Of a stretch of DNA of 64,000 nucleotides, positions 39,107 through 48,745 are shown piece after piece (position 1 is the first letter of the stretch; every line of letters starts with the position of its first letter). The position numbers and the translations under genes were made by a program. This stretch comes from an uncultured Chloroflexia bacterium (GTDB lineage Bacteria; Chloroflexota; Chloroflexia; Thermomicrobiales; JALYUS01). The DNA is taken from assembly GCA_963763655.1 (NCBI GenBank), contig CAVXPY010000050.1:25809-89808 (forward strand), in the 5' to 3' direction. The notes beneath the pieces were generated by a model. That model had not been told where the DNA came from. It made no database searches and saw nothing but the letters and a program-made list of their open reading frames with translations.

Positions 39107-39134
39107 CGGGCGCACGCTGTGTGCCCCTACGGCT

Positions 39135-39206
39135 CCCCTTCTCCATCGCCGACGAAACCTATCTTTACCTTGGTCTATCAGCGATGGAGAGGGGCCGGGG
39201 ATGAGG
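39135..39206. repeat. family-A hairpin element
   Basis: CCCCTTCTCCATCGCC-30 nt loop-GCGATGGAGAGGGG-CCGGGGATGAGG. Confidence 0.85.
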
Positions 39207-39225
39207 AATAAGCACTCACACCATA

Positions 39226-40380
39226 TCAGTCCGGCAAGGCGGCGAGGAGGCGATCGACTTCTTCCTCGGTATTGTAGAAGTTCGGGGAGGCACGCAGTCC
39301 GAGCGGGCGGAGGGCGACGATGATGCCCTGCTCCTCCAGTTGCTGCGCCATCGCAGCGTTCCGCTCCTGGCTGCCGAGGGTGAAGACGGCGATCGGCGGA
39401 GCGGTGCGCGGGTCGGGTGAACTGACGATCTCGATGCTCTCTTTGCGCGTCAGGCCCGCATAGAGCTGTTCGGCGAGGGTGCGGTCCCGCTCCTCGATCG
39501 TGGCGATGCCGACTTCCTCGATCAGCCCGAGCGAAGTGGCGAGCGCGGCCCAGCCGGTGCGGTTGCCACCGCCCGCCTGATAGCGCGCCGCACCCGGCTT
39601 CCAGTTCAGATGCCCCTCGAAGCCATCACCGCCACTCGCGAAGGAGGAGACGCCAACGAAGGTGGGCGAGATCTGGTCGACCGCTTCCGGGGCGACATAG
39701 ACGCGGCGATCCCGAAGCCGGAGAGCAACCACTTATAGCCGTGCGTGGCAAAGGTCGAGACGCGCATCGCCTTCACATCGACCTGACGCGCGCCGAGCAT
39801 CTGAATACCGTCCACAATGAGGAGGCACCCCGCATCGGCGCACGCGCTCGCCGAGTGTTTCGAGGTCCGCGCGGTAGCCGGTGTCCCACATGATCGCGCT
39901 ACAGGCGACGGCGCGCGTCCGGCTATCGACATGCGCCATGATGTCGTCCACCGATGGCCCGGCGCCCGAAAAGGGGATGAAGCGCACCTCGACGCCGCGC
40001 TCTTTGAGGTTGTACATCGTGTAGGAGAGCGAGGGAAACTCGCGCTGCGGCACGACGATGTTATCCCCCGCGCGCCAGGCGATGCCCTGCACGGCGATAT
40101 TCATGCCGTGCGTCGTGTTGCTCGTGAAGGCGATATCGCCCTCGTCCGCACCCATCAGCCGGGCGAGACGCTGTCGAGCGATCTGCTCATAGGGCGGCTG
40201 CTCCGCTGCGCGCTTCGTATGCGGCAATTGATAGACCTCGACCGCCTGCTGCACCGCCTGCATCGTCCGGGTCGGCCACGGCCCCTGGGAGGCACCATTG
40301 AGATAGGTGCATTCCTGGACTATCGGGAACTCACGCTCGCGCACATCGCGCAATGTTCCGGCACCCTCCACGCCACTCAT
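39226..40380 (-). pseudogene. class V aminotransferase (cysteine desulfurase/selenocysteine lyase-like), two apparent frameshifts
   Basis: Three minus-strand ORFs (39733..40380, 39606..39932, 39226..39732) carry consecutive homologous parts. The PLP-lysine context THGYKWLLSGFG is in the middle frame. Confidence 0.75.
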
Positions 40381-40540
40381 GACAGCCTCCCCTCCTCCAT
40401 ATGGCGCGCCATATGTCTCGAACGCAACATCGCATGGGTATTGTAGCGCACCGGCGTCGATGGGGAGGGCAGGAGCGGGAGTTTACGGTAGGATATGCCG
40501 TGTGTCGAATCGTTGTTGCACAGGAAGGGAGCATCGCTGC

Positions 40541-41005
40541 GTGAAGATCGAGCAGAAAATCAAAGACCTGGGCCTTGAGATGCCAAATAACCCACCGAAC
40601 CCGGCCTCGAAAATCCTCATGTACCGGCGCGCGGGCAACATCGTCTATCTCTCCGGTCATGGCCCCTCGCGGGGTGGCGTCAATCAGTACATCGGCAAGC
40701 TGGGGCAGGATTTCACGACGCAGCAGGGATATGACGCGGCGAAACTGACAATGCTCAACCTTCTGGAATCCCTGAAGAACTGCATCGGCGACCTCGACAA
40801 AGTGACGCAGGTCGTCAAACTGCTTGGCCTCGTCAACTCGACGCTCGACTACACCGAGCAACCCGGCGTCATCAATGGCGCGACCGAACTCCTCATCGCA
40901 CTCTACGGCGATGCGGGCCGCCACGCGCGCTCCGCAGTCGGCATGGCGCAACTGCCCGGCGGCATGGCCGTCGAGATCGAAATGATCGTCGAAGTCGCGG
41001 ACTAA
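40541..41005 (+). CDS. RidA/YjgF/UK114 family protein
   Basis: GTG 40541 follows GGAAGGGA. VKIEQKIKDLGLEMP..GNIVYLSGHGP..ARSAVGMAQLPGGMAVEIEMIVEV is typical RidA-family. The upstream part of ORF 40307.. is not homologous. Confidence 0.8.
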   Translation: MKIEQKIKDLGLEMPNNPPNPASKILMYRRAGNIVYLSGHGPSRGGVNQYIGKLGQDFTTQQGYDAAKLTMLNLLESLKNCIGDLDKVTQVVKLLGLVNSTLDYTEQPGVINGATELLIALYGDAGRHARSAVGMAQLPGGMAVEIEMIVEVAD

Positions 41006-41014
41006 CAGGGACGA

Positions 41015-41136
41015 TTGAACCGCAGAGACGCAGAGAGCGCAGAGAAACACAGAGAAGAGAGAATAGTATTGTCTTTCTCTCTTTTCTCTCCCTCCCTCTC
41101 TGCGTCCTCTGCGTCCTCTGCGTCTCTGCGGTTCAA
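41015..41136. repeat. ~120-bp hairpin built from tandem 7-nt units (CGCAGAG / CTCTGCG)
   Basis: TTGAACCGCAGAGACGCAGAGAGCGCAGAGAAACACAGAGAAGAGAGA ... TCTCTC..CTCTGCGTCCTCTGCGTCCTCTGCGTCTCTGCGGTTCAA. Lies between convergent stops at 41005 and 41133. Confidence 0.9.
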
Positions 41137-42578
41137 GCGATTTTCCAGTAGAGCGTGACGCCGTCGCGGGACCAGATGGGGGTGTAGCCCTCGGCAGGGA
41201 GGGCGGCGAGAGCGGCGGGATAGCGTGATTGGTAGGGGCGGGCGATGTCGCCGTGGGCATCGAGGATGATGTAGGTCGCGCCGATGCCGTCCGGGAACTC
41301 GAAAAGCACCTGCCGATGGGCGAGGTGAGGCCCGATGCCCGTCTGCGCGCTCACTGCCGCATCGGGTGGTATCCGCGCGATCGCCTCAGCGACCGCGTGC
41401 TGATGCGTCGTATCCGTCCAATACTGGCCCGGATCGAAGCCTCGCGCGGGCGGAAATGGGCTCGCGGACCAGAAGGCAATGCCCGCGCAGATGATGAGAA
41501 CGAGCCTACCCCCCTGCCCCCTCCCTAAAGGGAAGGGGTGACTCGCCGCAATACCTCGGCGCTTGAAGAAATGACGAGGCGCCCAGATCGAGTTCCCCTT
41601 CCCTTTAGGGAGGCGGGCGCCCTTTAGGGCAGTAGGGGGTAGGCGCGCCAGCCCCCACACCGCCGCGATCCAGACGAGCGGCAGCACTTCCGCCGAATAA
41701 TGGAGGCGGAGATGCGCCTGCGGCGCATGCATCGAGAGGAGATGGAAGGCGAGGAGCGGCAGCGCGGCGAGCAGTTCCGCCGGGGCGGCGAGCGGGAAGA
41801 ACCCCGCGCTCCCGAGCAGACCGAGCAATGTCAGCAGTACACCCCAGGTAAGGAGATGCGCCAGAACGCGCTGTGGGTGCGTGGCGAGGCCGGTGAGGAT
41901 GTTCGCCGCGCCACTGCCCAGATAGCCGTAGCGCGCTTCGAGGTCCGATGGGCCGGAGCGGAAGTGCGGCATGAGGATGAGCGTCGTGAGGATACCCCAA
42001 CCCGCTGCGATCCCGGCGAGCGTCCCGGCGAGCCGCCGCTCCTGCCACAGCCAACAGAGCCATGCAACGCCGAGCAGGAGCAAAACGGTATCCTCCTTGA
42101 GGGCGAGGAGCGGCAGAAGCGCGCAGATCGCTGCGCGCCGCCGTCCATCGAGCATGAACCGATAGCCGAGGAAGACGAAGAAAGGTGCCATCGTCTCCGG
42201 GTGGAAATCGAAGTTTACGGCATGATGCAGATACGGCGAGGCGAGATACGCCACTGCGACCAGCACGGCATCACGATCGCGACCGAGCAGGCGGCGCGCC
42301 AGATGAAAGAGGGGGATCGCCGCTACCGCCGCGACGAGCGCCTCCGAGATCAGCAGCAACTCCGGCGACGCCCAGAGCCGGTACAAGAGCGCGTAGAGCA
42401 GCAAGACGGGCTGCACATGCTGACCGAGGAAGTTATACGGCACGAACGAGGTCGCGAAGTAGCGCCCCTGTGACGTGTTCCAGATGATCTGATCGAAGAA
42501 CGCGAGGTCGTTCGATGCCGAATGGAATGCCCGATGATGCAACACCGCCGCGCCCGCGAATCCAACGCCTGTGAGCAA
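41133..42578 (-). CDS. DUF2079-family integral membrane protein (putative membrane glycosyltransferase-like)
   Basis: AFFDQIIWNTSQGRYFATSFVPYNFLGQHVQPVLLLYALLY matches the DUF2079 core; many TM. The N-terminus of the 515-aa ORF runs through the 42590-42672 hairpin, so the start is uncertain (TTG 42578 proposed). It contains a repeat element in frame at 41505-41643. Confidence 0.65.
   Translation of the reverse strand: MLTGVGFAGAAVLHHRAFHSASNDLAFFDQIIWNTSQGRYFATSFVPYNFLGQHVQPVLLLYALLYRLWASPELLLISEALVAAVAAIPLFHLARRLLGRDRDAVLVAVAYLASPYLHHAVNFDFHPETMAPFFVFLGYRFMLDGRRRAAICALLPLLALKEDTVLLLLGVAWLCWLWQERRLAGTLAGIAAGWGILTTLILMPHFRSGPSDLEARYGYLGSGAANILTGLATHPQRVLAHLLTWGVLLTLLGLLGSAGFFPLAAPAELLAALPLLAFHLLSMHAPQAHLRLHYSAEVLPLVWIAAVWGLARLPPTALKGARLPKGKGNSIWAPRHFFKRRGIAASHPFPLGRGQGGRLVLIICAGIAFWSASPFPPARGFDPGQYWTDTTHQHAVAEAIARIPPDAAVSAQTGIGPHLAHRQVLFEFPDGIGATYIILDAHGDIARPYQSRYPAALAALPAEGYTPIWSRDGVTLYWKIA
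41505..41643. repeat. ~135-bp double-hairpin element embedded inside a CDS
   Basis: Outer inverted repeat CCTACCCCCCTGCCC / GGGCAGTAGGGGGTAGG. Inner hairpins CCCTCCCTAAAGGGAAGGGG(TGACTCGC) and CCCCTTCCCTTTAGGGAGG. Same architecture as 48746-48878. Confidence 0.75.
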
Positions 42579-42589
42579 CGCCGAGCAAT

Positions 42590-42672
42590 GAGTAATAAGT
42601 AGCGAGTAACGAGTAACGAGTAACGAGTGGATGCGGGCCTCTCTCGTTACTCGATACTCGTTACTCGTTACT
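42590..42672. repeat. hairpin of tandem 7-nt units (GAGTAAC / GTTACTC)
   Basis: GAGTAATAAGTAGCGAGTAACGAGTAACGAGTAACGAG ... CTCGTTACTCGATACTCGTTACTCGTTACTT. Lies 11 nt below the stop (42683) of the minus-strand Mo-enzyme gene. Confidence 0.9.
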
Positions 42673-42682
42673 TCCCTCATTG

Positions 42683-44287
42683 CTATTTCGCGCTTACTTC
42701 GATGAAGTGGATACCTGCCGCACCGCTGGGGAAGTTGGTTTCCGCTTTGGTCCGCTGGATGCTACCGCCACCGCTACTGTCCGCTTCGGTCTTGCCGGGT
42801 GTGCCGCCCTTCTCGAAGCAGCGCACGCCGAGCATATAGCTGCCGTTCTTCGGTGGGGTCCAGGGGAACTCCCAGAGCACCCATGATTGCGGAGAGGGGT
42901 TCGCGGTGAGCTTCGCAGGCTGCCACGTCGTGCCGCCGTCGGTCGTCACGTCGACCTTGCTCACGCCCCGGAGTCCGCCAAAGGCGATACCCGTCACGGT
43001 GATTGGCTGGCCCGGCATGATCGTGTCGCCCTTCACCGGATAGTCGATGCGAGAGAGCGTCTTGACGACCGCCGCGCGGTCCCACCCCTGCGACTCGTAG
43101 AAGCCCTTCGTGTGCCCCGTGCGCAGATCGATGCGTGTCACCCATTTGACGTGCTTCTCGCCATACCGCCCCGGCGTGATGATGCGCGCGGGATAGCCGT
43201 GTTTCTCCGACAGCGGCTCGTTATTCATGCCGTAGGCGACGATGACGCCCTCTGCCGCGATCTTTTCCGGCTCCATCGTGTTCGTGTAGCCGTCCGAGGC
43301 GGTAAAGAGCACTTCCGTCACACCGGGGGCCGGTTTCGCCATGTCGATCAGTGTCTGGAGAGGCACGCCGTGCCACGCCGCCGTACTGATCAACCCGCCG
43401 CCGACGAGATTGCCGATACAGGCGAGCGTCGCCGTCTCATCGACCGCCGGGAGCGCCTTGAGGTCCGCGAACGAGAGCGTCATCGGGTTCGCCACATCGC
43501 CGCCGATCTCCAATTGCCAGACCGCCGCGTCGATCTTCGGGTCCGCGAGGTTCTTCGTCACGCTATAGAAACTCACATTGTCCGTGATCGGCTGGACGGG
43601 CCGCTTCGGTCGCTTGCCGTCGTAGCCGAGTGTCGAGATGCGCTGGAGACCGAGGGTGACCGCGCCGAAGGCGACGACCGCCCCCGCCCCGACAAACGCC
43701 ATCGCCTGCCGCCGCGTCACCCTACGTGCGCCATCCTCGGGCGCGGTCTCCGCCGACCGCGCTTGCCGCCACGCGAGCAGGAAAAGCACCGGCAGAAGGA
43801 GACCGAAGAGCAGGTAGTCGAAGAAGATTGCCGTGATGGTCAGTGCGCGACCCGTCGCGAGCGGACGACCGTGGTAATTCTCCGAGAGGATGGGCCAGAG
43901 CGCGGCAATTGTCGCCACCCAGAGGCCGAGCGCGACGAGCGGCCCGAACGCCCACTGCTTCCATACCGGCATCGTTTCCCGGCCCCAGGTGCGCGCGTAC
44001 CAACCCGCCGCCGCGCCGCCGACCAGAAGTATTGCGCCGATGGTCGAGAGTTCGGGGATCAGCTTGGCGAATTGCCCGATCACGCCGAGGATGTCGCCGG
44101 ACGCCTGCCCCGGCACGAGAGGAATGATCCGCTCCGTAATCAGCCCCGGCACGGAGGCGATACCGAAGAAGAGGCGGTGCGCGAACATCGCGGCGATCAT
44201 CCAGAGCGCCGCAATCACGCCGATCAGTTGGGGGCTCCCGACTGCCGTCCGCTGCGACATTTCGCGCTCAACCATTGCCGTCTTCAT
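42683..44287 (-). CDS. membrane-anchored molybdopterin-dependent oxidoreductase (sulfite-oxidase family)
   Basis: 534-aa ORF. The N-terminal ~200 aa has 5-6 TM helices. Then the Moco domain (FYSVTKN..WQLEIGG..LACIGN..WHGVPL..EPLSEKHGYPARIITPGRYGEKHVKW) and an Ig-like dimerisation domain. Confidence 0.8.
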   Translation of the reverse strand: MKTAMVEREMSQRTAVGSPQLIGVIAALWMIAAMFAHRLFFGIASVPGLITERIIPLVPGQASGDILGVIGQFAKLIPELSTIGAILLVGGAAAGWYARTWGRETMPVWKQWAFGPLVALGLWVATIAALWPILSENYHGRPLATGRALTITAIFFDYLLFGLLLPVLFLLAWRQARSAETAPEDGARRVTRRQAMAFVGAGAVVAFGAVTLGLQRISTLGYDGKRPKRPVQPITDNVSFYSVTKNLADPKIDAAVWQLEIGGDVANPMTLSFADLKALPAVDETATLACIGNLVGGGLISTAAWHGVPLQTLIDMAKPAPGVTEVLFTASDGYTNTMEPEKIAAEGVIVAYGMNNEPLSEKHGYPARIITPGRYGEKHVKWVTRIDLRTGHTKGFYESQGWDRAAVVKTLSRIDYPVKGDTIMPGQPITVTGIAFGGLRGVSKVDVTTDGGTTWQPAKLTANPSPQSWVLWEFPWTPPKNGSYMLGVRCFEKGGTPGKTEADSSGGGSIQRTKAETNFPSGAAGIHFIEVSAK

Positions 44288-44318
44288 CTTCGGTAACCTT
44301 TCGTATCTGTCATCACCT

Positions 44319-44368
44319 AGTCAGTAGTCAGTAGGCAGTAGGCAGAAGACCCAGTCCTCAGTCCTTCG
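44319..44368. repeat. two adjacent 7-nt tandem arrays (AGTAGNC x4; CAGTCCT x2)
   Basis: AGTCAGTAGTCAGTAGGCAGTAGGCAG followed by ACCCAGTCCTCAGTCCTTCG. It directly abuts the stop (44369) of the minus-strand epimerase gene. Confidence 0.75.
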
Positions 44369-45501
44369 TCACTCCCCCACTTCCACGGTGCTCCGTGCTG
44401 CGTGCACGATGTGCTGTGCACGAAGGCGCGCGGCAGCGGCGGTGAAGTAGTCTGCGACATCGCCCTGGGTGCGTATCCAGTCGAGATACCGGGCGATGCC
44501 CTCTGCGAGGGGTACCTGTGCCTGCCAGCCGAGGGCGGCGATGCGGCTGATGTCACTCATCAGGTGGCGGATTTCGCCGGGGCGGAACTCACCGGGATAG
44601 GTGGGTGCGAGCGGTACACCGAGCGCATCCGCGAGGAGTACGGCGAGGTCGCCAATCGCCGTGCCGACCCCGCTGCCGACATTGAAGACATCGCCATCGG
44701 CGCGGTCATCGGTGGCGACGAGGAAGTTCGCCCGCGCGATGTCCTCGACAAAACAGAAATCGCGTGTCTGTCGGCCATCCTCGTAGATCGTGGGCGGGAG
44801 GTTGTTCAAGAGGCGCGTGCAGAAGATGGCGATCACACCGGTGTACGGGTTATAGATGCTCTGGCGCGGGCCGTAGGTGCAGGAATAGCGGAGCGCGACC
44901 GTTGGGGTGCCGGTTTGCCGCCCCCACGTCATGACGAGCCGTTCCTGATCCGCCTTGGAGATCGCGTAGACGGTCTGACCGCCGATCGGCGTCCGTTCTG
45001 GGGTAGGGGCGGGCATCGCCGGATGACCGGCTTCGTCCACTATCTCCCAGGTAGCTGTCTCCAGTTGGGTGAGGGGCCGCGTGGGGGAAAGAAGATCGCG
45101 CCCGCGCGGTCACGATACGCCCCTTCGTCATAGACCGCCTGCGAGGAGGCGACGACGACTTTCCGCACAGGCAATCGCTCGTCCCGAATCGTTTCGAGCA
45201 GAAGCGCGGTGCCGTAGGAGTTCACCTCGATATACTTGGCGATCTCCGGCATGTAGCCACCGTACGCCGCCTCGTGAAAGACGACCGACACGCCATCGAG
45301 CGCGGCGCGCAAGTCCGCACGCTCGCGCACGTCGCCGGTCTGATACTCCGCATGGGGGTTGAGCCATTGCGGGGGGCCGTTACGGTGGGTCTGCGGCTCG
45401 AAGTTATCGAGCACGCGCACCTGCCACCCTTCAGCGATCAGGAGGTCAACGATGTGCGAGCCAATCAGCCCCGCGCCACCCGTCACAAGCGCCGTTTTCA
45501 T
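44369..45501 (-). pseudogene. NAD-dependent epimerase/dehydratase (SDR, UDP-sugar epimerase-like); one frameshift at G5 run 45083-45087
   Basis: MKTALVTGGAGLIGSHIVDLL (GxxGxxG) lies in ORF 45040..45501. The catalytic YAISK and the C-terminal part lie in ORF 44369..45040, whose frame reads ..RPLTQLETATWEIVDEAG upstream of its start. Confidence 0.8.
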
Positions 45502-46247
45502 GCCTCACCGCCGCCCGCTGCCTGAAGGCGATCGCCGATAGGCGGAACAATTGGTCGGGCGGATGCGTCTTCCCAGAGACGCAAGGCGTGGAACGTGGCA
45601 GCGGTCGCGGGCGCATCGTGCGGCCCGGCAAGATAGGCGGAGAGGTACTGCAAATCCGACACCTCATCGACATCCCAGGTCGCGGCGAAGGAGTGAAGCG
45701 TGATGCCTCGCTCTCTGGCGTTCGCCCGCAGGTCGTCGGAGACGGTGGCGGTGCTCATGGGGACGGTGCCGAGGATGTCCACCCCGCTCCGCTGCCCGAT
45801 CAGGCTGTAGCCACCGTCATAGGTCGGTACGAGCGTCGCCATCGCGGTATTCAGGGCGACGAAGGCGGCGGAAATCGCAGAGGCGGGCAGGTGAGGAGAA
45901 TCGGAGGCGATGAGAATTGTCTGGTCGTACCCATGTGCCGCCGTCCAGCGAAAGATGTGCTGCTGCCGCTCCGTCCAGTCCGCGCCTTCCTGCGCGAAGT
46001 AGCCGTCTGCCGCGCCGACGAGGGCGGGAAAGTCCGCCAGCGCGGGAGCGAATGCCCAGAGCAGGTCATAGCCGCGCGCCGCAGTAGCGCGCCGGAAGCG
46101 GGCGGCGAGATCGGTGAGGAAGGCGCGATAGAGCGTCGCCGCCCGCGCATCGCCAATCCCCCGGCCAAGCCGCGTTTTCACCGTCCCCGGTACGGGCTCC
46201 TTCGCTCCAATCACCAATGCACGACGCGCGCTCACAGCGATACTCAT
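45498..46247 (-). CDS. DUF2064 / TIGR04282-type glycosyltransferase-like protein
   Basis: LVIGAKEPVPGTVKTRLGRGIGDARAATLYRAFLTDL is the family's N-terminal signature. ATGA overlap with the downstream epimerase gene. Confidence 0.7.
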   Translation of the reverse strand: MSIAVSARRALVIGAKEPVPGTVKTRLGRGIGDARAATLYRAFLTDLAARFRRATAARGYDLLWAFAPALADFPALVGAADGYFAQEGADWTERQQHIFRWTAAHGYDQTILIASDSPHLPASAISAAFVALNTAMATLVPTYDGGYSLIGQRSGVDILGTVPMSTATVSDDLRANARERGITLHSFAATWDVDEVSDLQYLSAYLAGPHDAPATAATFHALRLWEDASARPIVPPIGDRLQAAGGGEA

Positions 46248-46264
46248 CTGTTCCTCACTCCCTG

Positions 46265-46326
46265 CCCCCTCTCCATCGCGTCAAGACCACGGCTTGGATA
46301 TGTTTCGTCCGCGATGGAGAGAGGGA
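46265..46326. repeat. family-A hairpin element (degenerate)
   Basis: CCCCCTCTCCATCGCG-loop-CGCGATGGAGAGAGGG. Confidence 0.7.
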
Positions 46327-46382
46327 GATAATTGACTTGCGGACAGGCTGATGAACTTTCACGACTTACTTCGGTAATTCCT

Positions 46383-46438
46383 GGTGGCGGCGGGCTTCAG
46401 CCTGCCGTACTTGGCGCAGGCTGTGGCTCGCCGCCACC
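46383..46438. repeat. imperfect inverted repeat related to 53483-53549
   Basis: GGTGGCGGCGGGCTTCAGCCTGCC ... GGCGCAGGCTGTGGCTCGCCGCCACC. It overlaps the stop codon of the GT2 gene. Confidence 0.6.
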
Positions 46439-47215
46439 ATTACTGGGTGTGCACGACCACTGCTCCCCCTTCCCCAATGGAGAACCGGGTGCCCTTTGGG
46501 CGGTATGGGGGGTAGGGCTCCAGCCCGCATAGCGATAGGTGGTTCGGAGGATGACGGCGGCGGCATTGATGCTCCCGCGCACCGTACCGCCCACTTTCGA
46601 TTTGCCGCCTGCCCGCCGCCGGTACGACACGGGCACTTCGTGCACACGGAGGCCCGTCCGCGCCGCCTTCACCAGCATTTCGGTGGACCAGCCGTAGGTC
46701 CGCTCGTTCATCTGCAAGGCAGCGAGGGCATCGGCGCGGATCGCGCGAAAGGGGCCAAGGTCCGTGATCGCGAGACCGTATCGCCGCAGGATACGTGCCG
46801 CCAGCCAGTTGCCGAACCGTTGCGGGGGCGTCAGTGCGCCCCGTTCGACCGTGCCGCGTGCCCGCGAGCCCATCACGAGGTCCGCCTCACCGGCAAGCAG
46901 CGGCGCGAGGATGGTGGGCAGATTGGCCGGATCGTCGCTCGCATCGCCATCGAGGAGGACGATGATCTCCGCACCGAGCCGCCGGGCGAGTGCGACGCCT
47001 GCCGCGCAGGCCGCGCCGTAGCCACGCTCCGGTTCGGTGACGACGACCGCCCCTGCTTCCCAGGCGACCGTCGCGGTATCGTCCGTACTGCCGTTATCGA
47101 CGACGATCACCTCGCGGATACGATCGCGCGGCAGGCTCCGGACGACCCGCCCGATCGCTGCTGCTTCATTCAATGCCGGGATAACGGCAAAGATACGTGG
47201 TTCCATGTCATGCAC
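46397..47215 (-). CDS. family 2 glycosyltransferase (dolichyl/polyprenyl-phosphate sugar transferase-like)
   Basis: IFAVIPALNEAAAIGRVV..VIVVDNGSTDDTA..GYGAACAAG. The last ~45 codons (GWSPTP..PAPSTAG) run through repeat DNA and may not be native. Confidence 0.75.
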   Translation of the reverse strand: MHDMEPRIFAVIPALNEAAAIGRVVRSLPRDRIREVIVVDNGSTDDTATVAWEAGAVVVTEPERGYGAACAAGVALARRLGAEIIVLLDGDASDDPANLPTILAPLLAGEADLVMGSRARGTVERGALTPPQRFGNWLAARILRRYGLAITDLGPFRAIRADALAALQMNERTYGWSTEMLVKAARTGLRVHEVPVSYRRRAGGKSKVGGTVRGSINAAAVILRTTYRYAGWSPTPHTAQRAPGSPLGKGEQWSCTPSNGGGEPQPAPSTAG

Positions 47216-47422
47216 CCCTTCGGCAACACACCTTTCGACACTCTCAGGATGCGTGGGGGGCGTTACTCGCGGCTTGCTTCCTTCTTACCGTATTCTTACG
47301 GGGTGGCGTGCGGACAAGATGAAACGATTCCCACCCTGCGTGCGTGTAGTGAGTGGGACGCACGCAGCGCGTGGGTTCTTTCGGTGTTGCATTCGTGAAG
47401 GCGCAAAAAAGCGGAGGGTCAT

Positions 47423-48745
47423 GTGGGCGAGCAAGAGCGAGAACGAGTACAACTCCTGCTCTGGCGGGCGGGGTTTGGCGCGACACCCGCGCAGGTCGAT
47501 GCCGCCACTACGAAAGGATACCCCCAGGCCGTCGAAGACGTGCTCACCTACCCGGACGCAGCCGCTACACCACCGCCCCTGCCGCTATGGCCAACGACGC
47601 CCGCGACCTTCCTCGGCGCAGACGAGCAGGCGAATTATCAGCGGGCACGGCTCACTTATCAGAAAGCGATCCAGGATGCGCGCCAGAATGGCAATCGGAT
47701 GCTTCTCAGCTGGTGGGCGGACCTGCTCCGTACGAGCACCACCCCGTTACAGGAAAATCTGACTCTCTTCTGGCATAACCACTTCGCGACCTCACTCGAC
47801 AAAGTGGACCGCCCCGCCTATATGCTCCAACAGAACCAATTGCTCCGCACGATGGGCATGGGCAAGTTCGTCGATCTGCTCATCGCCATCTCGAAGGACC
47901 CCGCGATGCTCGTCTGGCTCGATGGTCAGTCGAACGTCAAGGGGCACCCGAACGAGAACTGGTCCCGCGAGGTGATGGAACTCTTCACCCTCGGCATCGG
48001 CAACTACACCGAGCAGGACGTCCGTGAAGGGGCGCGCGCCGCCACCGGCTGGACACTGGCAAGCGATGGCAAAGTCGCGTTCAACCCGCAGCGCTTCGAC
48101 AGCGGCACGAAGACGATCCTCGGGCAGAGTGGCAATCTCTCGATGGACGATTTCTCGCGCTTGCTCGCCAATCGCCCGGAGACGGCGAAACGGACCGCGA
48201 AGAAGCTCTTCGTCTGGTTCGTGGGTGATGACCCCTCGGACGCCGAACTCGCCCCACTGCTCGACACCTGGCAGACGACCGGCGGCGAGATTCGCAGCGT
48301 GCTGCGTACCCTCTTCCTGAGCGACGCCTTCACCCCGGAGCGTGCGACGACCGCGCATATCAAGAACCCGGTCGCGTGGAGCGTCGGCATCCTGCGCAGC
48401 TTGAGTGTCGATCTGACGGGCGAGCAAGTAGCAAACTTGATGGCCGCGCAGGACATGACGATTTTCCGCCCGCCGAATGTCGGTGGCTGGCCGAACGGCA
48501 CCGCCTGGATCAGCCCCTCAAATCAGGTGCTGCGCTTCAATCTCGCGGGCAACCTCGTCACGAAGGCCGGGATGCTCTCGGGAAAGGCCGATGACACCTT
48601 CATCACCGAGATCGCCGACCGGCTTGGCGGACTCACAATCCCCGATGAACTGCGCGGCAAGCTGATCGCCCTCGGGAGCGGCACCGAGGGCAAACGCGCA
48701 ATCACACAAATACTCCTGGCAGGACCGAGTTATCAAACGCGGTAG
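47423..48745 (+). CDS. DUF1800 domain-containing protein
   Basis: 440-aa ORF; GTG start after GGAGGG. Motifs LTLFWHNHFATS, MLVWLDG..N, NENWSREVMELFTLG. Confidence 0.8.
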   Translation: MGEQERERVQLLLWRAGFGATPAQVDAATTKGYPQAVEDVLTYPDAAATPPPLPLWPTTPATFLGADEQANYQRARLTYQKAIQDARQNGNRMLLSWWADLLRTSTTPLQENLTLFWHNHFATSLDKVDRPAYMLQQNQLLRTMGMGKFVDLLIAISKDPAMLVWLDGQSNVKGHPNENWSREVMELFTLGIGNYTEQDVREGARAATGWTLASDGKVAFNPQRFDSGTKTILGQSGNLSMDDFSRLLANRPETAKRTAKKLFVWFVGDDPSDAELAPLLDTWQTTGGEIRSVLRTLFLSDAFTPERATTAHIKNPVAWSVGILRSLSVDLTGEQVANLMAAQDMTIFRPPNVGGWPNGTAWISPSNQVLRFNLAGNLVTKAGMLSGKADDTFITEIADRLGGLTIPDELRGKLIALGSGTEGKRAITQILLAGPSYQTR

